A program made the translations under genes and the position numbers. Positions 38,526-50,300 of a stretch of 64,000 bases of DNA are shown in pieces. Origin of the DNA: Chara braunii. Taxonomy: Eukaryota > Plantae > Charophyceae. Within the stretch, counting starts at the first letter, position 1. Each line of letters begins with the position of its first letter. Where the stretch lies: the NCBI GenBank assembly GCA_003427395.1, contig BFEA01000031.1, positions 4,433,602 to 4,497,601 on the forward strand, written 5' to 3'. The notes under the pieces were generated by a model. It was not told the DNA's origin. It was given only the letters and a program-made list of their open reading frames with translations, and ran no database searches.

Positions 38526-39260
38526 TTAACTTCCGCTCCGTGGGGTGGAGGAGGGTATGGGGAAGTCAAAGGTTCTTCTTTGGGCTTCTCCTTTTTTCCT
38601 ACAGCATAGACCAGGTTGCTCATTTTTATCATAGCTCTGCTTCTTTATCTTTCCCTTGATCGAGACACGAACTTCCTCTTCAGTCAACTCTGTATACCCA
38701 GCAGGGTAGCCCATAATTCTTTCGACTTCAGTAACATGAAGCAGACGAGACTCTCCTTGCTTCATGCATTTAACTACTAGCATGCTGACTTTATTCCAAG
38801 GATGACAAATTGTTGTCATAACACAATTGGTTTTTTCTTTACATGCCTTGGCATTGTTGATAACAATTTGTAGGTAAGTTTTCGGATGTGACTCAATGTC
38901 AGGCATTTGCTCCGGAAGGGGGATGTTCGTCCGGTGCAAACGCCGTCTTTACTGTGGTGATACACACCTCGAATCAATGACCACAGACACAACTCTCCTT
39001 CAGTGCTTTGTAATCTCAAATTTTTCTTCTCATTTCATTGAGAAAACATTCTCGAGCAGAAAACCATTTTGGTTTCGTCTCATTCATTACTCTTAGAACA
39101 TAAAAAAAAAATCTACTTTTTTGCCCGTGCAATCCATGCTTTCCCGTCACCCTTCCCCGGAGCTCAGGCTTTGCCAAATCCACATACATTTCCCCCGAGT
39201 CATTTGACGCGGCCTTTCTCGGGTCCTGGCAATTCTGCATGCATATCACCATTTTGTCCT
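38526..39260 (-). pseudogene. C5-cytosine DNA methyltransferase fragment (DNMT3-like/phage-like), disrupted
   Basis: GLHGQKSRFFF..VMNETKPKWF/LLENVFSMK (motif VI, ENV at 39045-39053), IDSRCVSPQ*RRRLHRTNIP (motif VIII), RLLHVTEVERIMGYPAGYT (motif IX); one frameshift and three stops. Confidence 0.85.
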
Positions 39261-40689
39261 TCCTTGCTTTTTCCCTTGATTGGATTTCCATGTGCATTGC
39301 TCAGCTCATCCCTTCTGCATCTCTTTTCCAACCACCTTGTCAGACCTTTTTCTCAGGCTCATGCAAACTAATTACTCATATGTTTCTCATCCTGCCATTC
39401 TTTTTCTCAGATCCATACAAAGTCACTTATACAAGTCTTTTCCTTTTCGGACATATCGCCCGACTCATTTTCACGCTCATGCCAAATCAATCACACAAGT
39501 CTTTTTCTCTTCGAGGCATCTTGCAAGACCCCTTTTTTCAGGCCTACGCAAAACCAATTACACAATTCTGTTATGTTCTGGGCATCTTGCCAAACCCCTT
39601 TTTTCAGGCCTACGCAAGCCAATTACACAATTCTTTTTTGTTTTGGGCATCTTGCCAGACCCCTTTTCTCAGGCCTATGCAAAACCAATTACACAATTTT
39701 TTTGCATGTGTTTTCATTGGCAGATGGCATCCCTTTCCGCCACTCAAAACGCGATGTCCCCATCGCGCGACTGATTCTCACTCGGAGGTACGCAGACCTT
39801 TGGCCCACCAACCACAATCAAGGACACAAGCCCATCCGCTTCACAAAAGGAAGAGTGACCAGTTTCTCCCCAGCGGACAACGCCTCATCCTCCTACGCGG
39901 TCCGACCTTCTTCTCTTACGTGGCGAGCATCAATACTGAGGTTCCTCCTCACGTCTGGCAGGCAGGTCCAATCCGAGTCTCCCAGGGCCTCGTCTAGCCG
40001 TAAGAGCGTTCCTCGCGAATCGTTCCTCCCGAGTGGTGATTTTGTGGATCCGGCCTCTTCCTTTCAAGAGAGTTGGACTCTTAATTAGTCAACGAGTGCA
40101 GTTACGAAGACCTCGCAATTAGTTCTGAAACGGTTGTAATGTTCCGGGAGGAGAGTGTCAATGCTCCGTGGTGGTGGCGGACTCCACCCGGTACCTCGTC
40201 CAGCCCCTCCCCTTGGACAGTGTCACCCAACTTAGCGCGGGCAGCCGAGGTCCGACCCAAACGGCCATGGCACCCTTCTATGACATGGCGTGTGGTTGGA
40301 GAGTAGCAAAATAGACTAGATGAGAATGACTCTCTCACCCATTTGGTTCTCTCGCCCTTTGACGTTTAGGCATTCAACACGAGACGGAGTTTGAACTCCC
40401 CGACTAGAGCTCGTTGTTGGAGTTGGTTCCGGACGGTCGGCACGGATCCAAGTGGTAGGTGCCTTGGTCCTTTAACCCTCATCCCCTTAAAAGAGGAACA
40501 TATCGCGCTGAGACTCTTTCCCTCAAAGGGATAGAGGTCTTGAGGTCGCGGTGCATGCACCAATATCCCCCTCTTGTTGAAGCCAAGGACTAGAAAAAAA
40601 GAGAAATTTCATTTCAATGTTATTTTCATGGTCGGCCCGACGACCTTTTTTCAAAGTTGTCTAGAGTCCCCTGTTTATGCAATGCAATT

Positions 40690-41255
40690 TTCAATACTCA
40701 GTCCAATTTCAATGCTCAAGACCATTCCGATGCTCAATCCAATTACAGCGCTCAATCCAATTCCAATGCTCAATCCAATTCCGGTGCTCAATCCAATTTC
40801 AATGCTCGATCCAATTTTAGTGCTCAATTCAATATCTCTTCCAAGGTTGAGTCCAATATCTTTTCCAAAGTTCATCTCAATATCTCTTCCAAGGCTGAGT
40901 CCAATATCTTTTCCAAGGCTTAGCTCAATATCTCTTCTAGAGCTGAATCCAATATCTTTTCCAAAGCTCAACTCTTCCCAATTCCATGCATCTCAAACAG
41001 TCATGCAAGGGGACCCTAGTGCCAATTCCAAAGAATGACCTTTGTCAGGGACCATTCCGAACAACCTGGTTAGGGTCGTTCTTTCCAATTCCAAGTCGAA
41101 CAGCCTGGTTAGGGCCATTCTTATCCATTCCAATCGGACGGTCTGGTTAGAGTCATCCTTATTCATTTCAATTGGGCAGCCTGGTTAGGGTCATCCTTAT
41201 CCATTTCAATCAGACAGCCTGGTTAGGGTGACCATCATTCTTATCCATTCCAATG
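40690..41255. repeat. Short tandem repeats (18-bp, 24-bp and ~38-bp units) in the internal region
   Basis: tgctcaatccaattccaa; aatatctcttccaaggctgagtcc; cagcctggttagggtcatccttatcc... units. Confidence 0.8.
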
Positions 41256-44200
41256 TTAGCGCCCGAGGGGGTGGGCCTCGAGGACACGGATCGTATTCTC
41301 GTCTCAAGGGTTAGAAGGTGGTCATCTTCTCAGACTTTTACGCATGCTTCTTCCTCTTTCTTGTGTCATTTGTCATTCTTATGTCCATCCATACATCCGA
41401 CTTAGCGTCTAGTACTCAAGTTAAGGCTCGCAGCCCCAAGCAGCACTAGCCCACCCGGTCGTTTAGTCACAACAAAGGGTGTGTGCCCTCACCGTTTTCT
41501 CTCTCTCTGAGTTCTCCTGCGTCTTGCTGTTCTGGACTTATGTGGGACTGGTTGGATTACGCTCCTAGGGAAGAGGATTCTTCATGCCTCTTTACCCATA
41601 GGTCCCCTAACCTCTCATAAGAACTCACGACACGACTATTCATTCATGGGTACACAATTCTCAAAAGGAAACTCTTTGCCATAGTCTTTCTCCAATCTTC
41701 AGCAGTTCACATGCCCCCGCCCATCTCTCAAAATAGAGTCAATCACTTCCAATTTCTGTTTACTTCCCCAGTTCCAGGACCTGTTTTGTCGCAGTTCTTC
41801 CAAAAAAAAGAAAGAGACAAAGTTCGAATGCAAAAGAATCATCACAGACTTGTCTCATCTAGACCCTTATATTTTCCCTTGCTTCCCTCAAACGACACCA
41901 GCCCTTCATAGTTTCAATCTCAAGCTCGATGACCCTCATTCCCTTTCTGAAGAAGCAACTGCTCGTTCAAAATAGTACAAGCTACCCAGTCCTTAGTCAT
42001 TCCCAGAAAGTTGTCCCGTCTTGGAAAGTTCAAATACAAAATGCAAAATGGCAATGCTGCCTGCCCAGGTACCAAGAAGTATGACCATCCAGCTTATAAA
42101 AACTTATAGTGGTAATATATCATAATAATTGTTCATTCACAGATATCAAAAATATTCTGTAATAATAATAACTCATGGAAAATGATATATCATCTTATAA
42201 TTGTTCATTCACAGATATCAAAAATATTCTGTAATAATAATAACTCATGGAAAATGATATATCATCTTTATGGTTGACAATAACAACACCTCAAATGCAT
42301 CATACTCCGATTAGTCAACCACATTGATAAGTTTATATCATCAGGTACATCATATAATGGATATGTCATGATTAAAGATAGAATCGCCAACCAATAGCAT
42401 TCTTAGACATAACAATAACAAAAATATCACACTTTACTCCCCAGTTTTGACAGAAGTGGCGAGGGGTAGTGTAATCCCTTTTTAGAATGGATGGCTTCTC
42501 AAACCCTTGAGCCCCGCTCAAGGATTAAGCCTCACTGCTGCTCCTTCCGATTCTAGCATTCGTTCCTTGCAGACCTTTGTCGACAAGGTAAACCACCTCA
42601 CCATACACGCTTCGAGGTGGTGTAGCCCCTTCCTGTGTCGGTGAACCTACTTGTCACAAAGAAAGTTAGGGATTCACCCCCTACTTTCCTGTGGCACGTA
42701 GTAGCTGCTTCCCTCGTAGACTAGAGTTTAGCAAGGACCAAACACTCTCCTCCTTTTCAGTAGTAGTGTGTAGTTATTTTATCACAAGAGATACAACAAC
42801 AACACCCCACTATGGACCAGGAACATAGTTCCGGCGTGGGTCTCATCACTACTTACAAGACAACCTATAACTTCTTCAAAGCCATCTTTCATCGGAATAA
42901 TAGCATAGGATTTCAACCTTCCTTAGGGCAGACCTTACACATCGACCACTTCATGAGTCAATATCTCATCTCAAGGAAGTGGTCACTCCATTCATCCCTG
43001 AATCCTCATCAGACGTGGATTCTGTGCAATATCTCTAACCCTCTTTGAAGAACAACCCAAACACATAACCTCATTAGCCAATCGTAAATCGATATTTGAA
43101 CTTGAGACACTCATATAAATCCCTGCAGATTGATAGGTTCAAACCAGGACAGTCAGTACTTCAAATCAATAACCTATGTGGATATCAAAAAAGGAATACC
43201 AATTAGACAAAACGACATCAAGCATATAGCCTCACATATATAAACACAAACAGAGTTATTCCCAACAAAATCTGGCATATATGAATAAAATTAACATATA
43301 ATTCAAAAGAAAACCTATAAGAAAAATAGTCTCAAGTCCTTAGTTCAAACTCCATATAGATTCAAAGTCGATGGCCCAAACCTGAGAAAAATAGTCGCAA
43401 GTCCTTAGTTCAAACTCCATATAGATTCAAAGTGGATGGCCCAAACCTGAAAAGGTATCAGTGGAGGTATAATATTACCTACATCCCATCGTCCTAGTGA
43501 AAGTAAACGGGATGACCTAATTGTTAGCCCCTTTTCTGTCACTTTTACTGCCTCTAAGGTCAGATACCACTTTTGTAGAGAGGACGTTATACAGATCTAT
43601 TATCTTCCATTGTTATACAAATTGATCAACCACTCAGAACCCAGACTCAAACATCTCAGTCTATACTCATAATATCTTTCAGCTTTCCTTAACCTACCTC
43701 TTCTCAAAGTGCTGAGACAACTCCTAACCTGACACTCAGGAGAGGAACTTTACTTTCAACTCCTGGCAGAAGAATACTATCTTACTCCTTCCTAGCTTCA
43801 TTCTGATGCAACCGTATTACGATGCTTCCCTAATCACTCAGATGACTCTCATGGCAGTAAAAAATGATACATCATAGGACTAACTCTCACAATAGCGATG
43901 CATAACCTTAGCCACATCAAGCACGCAAAGCATCGTCCCAATCCGTCAGCCATCTGATCAGAGGGGTTATCAATTCCAGCTATCGTTATGCCAGTAAGGG
44001 CTCGTGAACACATCATCAAAACTCTTATCACTCTTGAACTACTCTTACCGCGTCAATCAAAACCCAGTCGTCTCGACCAAAACCAACTCACACAATCAAC
44101 CCTCACTTCATGCCTTATCCAACATCGTCTGTAACCAACCGTTTCTCCTAAAACAATCAATAAAGCAGAAGCGGTCATCTCGCCTGAGCCATCATCCAGC

Positions 44201-44371
44201 ATCAAATCTAGGCTCGATCTTTAAGGACTTCCTAGTCTTGCAGCATCCCCAACGATAATCATAATATTAACAAATCGTTCATACAGTCTAACAAAAATTT
44301 CTCATTTGCCTATTTTCTCACTTCAAATACCCGGATGTCGTTCCATCAGGGACAACGGTAGGCAACCATTA

Positions 44372-44389
44372 TCCTCGGCAGCGGCGCCA
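44372..44389 (-). other. Primer-binding site, tRNA-Asp type
   Basis: TGGCGCCGCTGCCGAGGA 2 nt after the LTR end; matches the Athila-type PBS TGGCGCCGTTGCCGGGGA with 2 mismatches. Confidence 0.85.
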
Positions 44390-44391
44390 CC

Positions 44392-47300
44392 TATCGAGCG
44401 CATCGGTCCGGCACCGCACGGGGCAGTGCGGGACCCTCCCGACCGCGTCACGCAAGAGTTGGTTTAAATCCTTTGTCGCAATGTACATGGGGCTTCCGCA
44501 AGCCGCTCCGGCCGAGTGCGCCAGCCATACCTCTCCCGAGCCCCTACGACAGGATAGGGTCTACGCGAGGCACGACTTACCTCCATCTTACGGGAGCTGT
44601 CACCTCCCTTCGGTGGGCGTATCCCCGCCGAGCTACCAGTCCACAGTACAAAAGCTAATCAGTTGCAATCGCAAAGGTGGACCAGCCGAGGGCGTTTCTC
44701 ATTCGCTATAGCATAGGGGGTACGCGCGGTAATACGACTATTGGGCCCGCACGCGAACCGACATCTTGGGGGGCTGAAGTCCCAAGCGCGGCTCGTCGTC
44801 GGTCGACTAGGACGCATCCCACACAACACGCGCACACCGCTTTACAGACACAAAATAAAACACACACACACACACATACGAAATGACACAACACAAACAA
44901 CGCGACAACGCTTCAAGACCCTCGGTAGCCAACCCATAACATTTCAATGTGGAAATCTGATAGGCGTCGCGCGTGAGAGTTGATATAAAACCGCGGGGAC
45001 GCAGGGCTAAGCCATATCGACTCGCAATGTAGGCGTACACAAACAGTCGCAATGATGACGTACCATGTAGTGCCCATGATCGTGTGGTCCTCGTTAGTCT
45101 CGAGGGTCGCATTCGACACTCAAGTGTCGGATGACACGCGCCTTAAGGGTTAACCTCTCGACGCTGAACAACCGCCGAGCGGGGTTGAAGACCACACACC
45201 CTCTTTTGCACCTTATGCAGAGCGGGTGGTACACAGGTCCATACTTGTGGTGGAAGTCGTTTTCTTGCGGCCCTGGGATGAGTCTTTCTCCAGGCCTGGG
45301 CGAAAGTCAAGGGGTTTGACTTTGACGGTTGCCACAGACTAGAACGTCCAACCATAAAAATCTCTAACAAGCAAAGGATAAAGGGGAATCCCCCCTTTTC
45401 TCTCAAATACATAATATGGTCAACCCTTACACACAATTACAGTAGGCCTCTCAAGTACTCAGGGTACTCGTAAATATATGAGGGTTAATTGCTTAGGAAG
45501 ATCACTTCTCACAGTCACAGTGGGGCTCCTCTCAGCCATATATGTATGTAATCGCAGACAGTCACATCCAGAGTCCGGACCACAAACATAACTACAAATC
45601 ACATCAGAGATTCAACCAAAGGGTCCACACACTACACGGGGTCATCTTCAATCATTCTCTGTTCTCATACCATTTGCTTTAGCCATGCAAACCTCAACCT
45701 CATGGCAACCTCCCCGCAATAAAAATACTCAGTATCATTGTTAAATGACCATTCAATAAAGTCCGGGTAAAAACACAACAAAACAGATAAACCACCAGGC
45801 TAAAGCCTTTAGGTTGAGTGGCAGAAGTGAATTGGAGTTGAATCGTAAACCGACGAATCGACAACCGACCTATTATTAGTGATAACAGAAAATGATCCTC
45901 AAGGGATCAAGCTGAATCTAGTCCTGAACTTGAATCAAAACGATCAAGATGACCTGTAACACATGACGGGTCAATCCCAAAGGCTAAACCTATAAGTCCA
46001 TGAAGAATAATCCCCACATCATGATCTCACTCAAATCTTTCTAATTTACTAAGCCTGAATCTACCTTTAAGCAGTGCCCAAAGCAAAGGTAGACTCTGGC
46101 ATAATCTCGCCTATATAGAGTGGATTGCTAGAATTGCCATCTCTCAAAATATAATTTATCTCCACTAAACTAAGAAAATTTCGGCAGCGCTTCCCGTAGG
46201 AAAAGTGCATTTTCAGAATTTATATAAGTCCATATATGGGCGCATAGATAATCTCTAACTCTAGAAAGTCAAATCTAATTTAAATATTCTCTAACTATGA
46301 AAGCATTCCCTTTAGAAAGGAAAACTTCCCAGATTTATACTAAGTCAGATATGAGCTCAGAAAACAACTTGAGATCAACTTAGACAAGATTTAACTAACT
46401 CCTTAGTTTTGCTGAAATTTCGGCAGCACTCCCTTTAGAAAACTGTTATTCCAAAATTTATAACTCCCTTAATTAGCAAAAATTTGGGCAGCACTTCCTT
46501 TAGAAAAGGAGACTTTCCAGATTTTTACTAGGTCAGATATAAAGAAAAAAAAGTTGAACTTGGACAAGTCAAAAATTGAATAACTCCTTGAATTTGTAGA
46601 AATTTCAGCAGCGCTTCCCATAGAGAAAGTAGCTTGCCGAGATTTATACAAAGCCCAGTACAAAAAATGATCCCATAAAATGCAAGAATTGACCTAAGCA
46701 AAAAAAAATATCACAAAAAACGCAGGCATTGAAACTAACTCTTATGACTCTAGCACGTGGCGAGCAACTAAAGCAACTACCTATCAACCTGAAACTCAGA
46801 CTAAGTAGTGGCCTCACTCAGTCACATGCAAGTCATACCACAAAGGTAAGTACTCTCGCCAATCCCAAGTTAACCTTAACGAAGAATAGTTCATGATCCC
46901 TCAATGATTTAACCCATTACACCCAACTTACATAAGGCATAGGTCAGGCCGCCTGAACTTACAGAGGGCACCCAACTTAGCCAGGCCTAGAGTTAGAATA
47001 CCTAAACTTATAGAGTGTTCTCACTCGGCCAAATATACGCAAACAGAGGACACAACTACTTTTCTCTTCTTTGGGCACAGGACTAGACCACTCTAGTCGC
47101 CCCAGACTGTTTAAAGTATCCAAGTTGTATATATTTGTCTTCGCCTTTGTCTTCTAAGGCTGCATATGACTGAACTAACTTAAGTTCAGTCTGCCCCAGT
47201 TTACCATCAGTTCTATTCTTATTTATATTTTCTTCAAGTTGTGATACGGCTATAGTCAGACAACCTAAACTTATAGAACAGTCCGATTAACTCATTCTTA

Positions 47301-50300
47301 GATAGAGTAGTCGTAAAGTATAGCCAAGTTATAACCATTGGTTCCAGCATGTGCGAGGCTTTGAGCCAGACCCCCTGAACTTACACAAGGGTCTAACTCT
47401 CTGCCAGATTCGTTTCTATCTGAGTCATCATGTGTGTGGCATCGAGTCAAACCCCCTGAACTTACTGAAGGGTCTGCCTCTTTGCCAAAAATATTTCTTC
47501 AGAATAAAGAGCAGGAAGAGACTGAGCCACCTGAACTTACAGAACAACTCGGTCTCCTCGTTCAGGAACCAGAGAAACAAGTAAAATCCCAATAAAAACA
47601 AAGCAACCCAGGGCACCAAAACTTATTGAGCGCCCTGAGTCCCTGAAAATTAAGCACAATTAAACCCCTCACAGGTCAGAGCAGTTAGGCCACCGGAACT
47701 TACAGAACAGCCTCACCCTCCATGCAAAACCATAGCACTGGGTCTCCCCAAACTTATGGGGACATCCCAGTCTCAAGAGCAATCAGACCCCCTAAACTTA
47801 TAGAAGGGTCTGACGCTCCACGCAAACCAAAATAAACAAAGCACTGGGTCTCCCCAAACTTTTGGGGACCTCCCAGCCTTAATGACCCAGTCAACCTTTA
47901 TGCAACACATTTCCCAATCGTGCCCCTTTCCCTGATGCAATTCCTTTCACAAGTGTGACTTCAATCAAGCAACAAAAGTTGAAACTGAACTTAGACAGAC
48001 ATTCCTTTACTTAGTCAAACTTAATGTCCTGAAAGTCAAACAAAGTCAAGTAGGGTTACACGCCATATACCTAGTCAAAGATGCAGTGGGAGATACAGAT
48101 AGGGGTTATAATCTGGGTTTATAGAAGAAAAGCAACAGTTACCTTCCAATTCCCTGCCTCCAGAGCCTCGCCTAGGCTCCGGAAGAGCGTCCGCAATCGG
48201 TGGGCTGACTCCCCACTGAGTCTTGCTGCGGTCCTATGGGTTGCAATCCCGCCTGCCGCCTTCCTCTCGTTACAAGATTAGACTTAGACTTAGAAAGACA
48301 GATAGATGGGTCTGAGACTCTCGAGATACAAGGAGGGGACAAACACAACTCCCATGAGAGGGTCTTGAAACCTTCACTCGCCTGAGGACCCCACAATGGC
48401 AACCAATGTAATAACTTGGTCAACTTCTGACGTCGAACTGCCGAAGTCAATCCCCTGACGATCTCCCAATCGCAGCATCAACCCCCTATTTGTCCAGTTT
48501 GATCGCCTCCTCGAACCTCAACACCCCTCCTCAGCCCAACCGCGGCTGCACAACAGCCTGTAACAGTCCTTAGATGCAGCAGCCATACTCAGCGGCAGTC
48601 AATAGTAACAGCAGTAGTCGCCAGCAGCAGCAGCAGCTTATGCACAATTTGCAGCACTTGTCCGTCCACAACCTACAACACCTGTAGCGGTAGCCTGACA
48701 ATGCTTACAACAGACTGCGGCAGCGGTTGTTCATGCCCGGCTGCAACAGATTAGCAGCAGTCCGCACCAAATACCCAAAAGATATTGCTGCTCTCCTTAT
48801 ATGGTCAGAAACAACCCTCCTTCCTCTTCCTTTGCTGACGCCCACCCCGACAAGATATAAGTAACCCCAATGGTGCAGGCGCAGCAAGGTCTGGCTTCTT
48901 AGTCCACAGGCGCACTCCCCCTCCAGAAACAAGTTCCATTGGTCAGCCACGAACAGACCACATAATCCAACACAGCTTGCCGTATCCGTCACTCGATAGT
49001 GAAATGCGCTGCCAAACGCAGAGTGAATTTGCCGCCCCTGTTGCCTACCCTCCTTCGCTTTATTCGATAGCAAACAACATGTCAATCTACTCCCTGCTTA
49101 CTACTCCCGCCACCACAGTGGCCTGCCCCGCCCAAACCTATAGGTCCACAATCCCAATCCGCTTGACTGTGGTTCTGCTAATGGGTCAGCATACCGTCAT
49201 CCGGCAGGTCCCTAACTCGATGGCTAACTGTAGCTTCCCCGTCCGACAGACTATGCACCCCATCGGTCAATCAGTACGCCTTCCGGCCTTACGGCTCACG
49301 TCCTCACCGCCCCAACCGACGAGGTAAGCGATCCCCTTTTCTTCCCCTCTCTCTTCTCTCTCTCTCTCTCTGGGCATGAGCGTACCGGGGCAGCTGCTCA
49401 GCCATGTTCGTTCAGGAACCAGCGATAGTCAGTGTACAGGAGGACACCGCCCGCGGAGTGGGCAGCTGGGCGCAGAGGTGAACAAGGTGACACCGAAGCG
49501 TCGTAAGTATACTTCAAGGAGGAGAGAGGGAGTCTTCTATCTGTAGGCGGAGCAGCGCACTTAAGTCTCCATCCCCGCGACTCGGCCCACGCTACTTTTG
49601 TCAACAAGATAGCCAAAAATTGAATGAATCTTCCATAAGAACGCGGAGATGTGCATTTCCCCCTTTTTAAGTCCCTTCTCCATGTGCGCAACTCTAAACC
49701 ACCACGCCGCCAAACCTGCACCTTGAACGAGAAAACTGTCGATGCCATCCCATCCGCGATGGCTAAAAACCGCAGGCTACCATCTTTCCCCGCCTGACCT
49801 TGTCAGACCTCGAATAAGGTAAGTGATTCCTACATGCGCCATACCCATGCTCCCGACAGTTTTGCGCACTCCATTTCTCAACTAACTCTTTCCCTACTCA
49901 CTTTCTGACCAATCTAACTTTACTAACGGACTCGCCTTACCTTAAACCCGTCGACCGCATCCTTCCTCCACTCGATCCCCCCGAAGATCGAGTGACATCT
50001 CGCTTTTTCACTCTCGCCTCCTCTCCATCTCCATAGCTTCGCGCGACCCGACTTTCTGTCCTATCTCCTAACTTACTTACTCTTATACTAATCTGACTGC
50101 ATATTTGGGGTCGCCATGGCCCAAAACGTCAGAATAACATCTTTCCTCACCCGTTTTCGTCAAGAAACGGGTGAGATCGACATCTTTTTCTCCCCACTCT
50201 TTCTTCCCATCGCCATATCCCGACGCACTCTCTCTTCCTTGTACCACCTAACACACTAACTCTCCCTCTAATCTAACCTTACCAACGAGGTCGCCCGGGG

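Noticed and set aside
42110-43450. Two local direct duplications (~77 bp at 42115 and ~66 bp at 43320)
   Set aside because: Ordinary slippage or assembly duplications in non-coding internal sequence.
44474-44480. LTR end at TGTCGCA (and TCTCACA at 368)
   Set aside because: Homology with the solo LTR continues to 44392, where the PBS follows; the true end is there.
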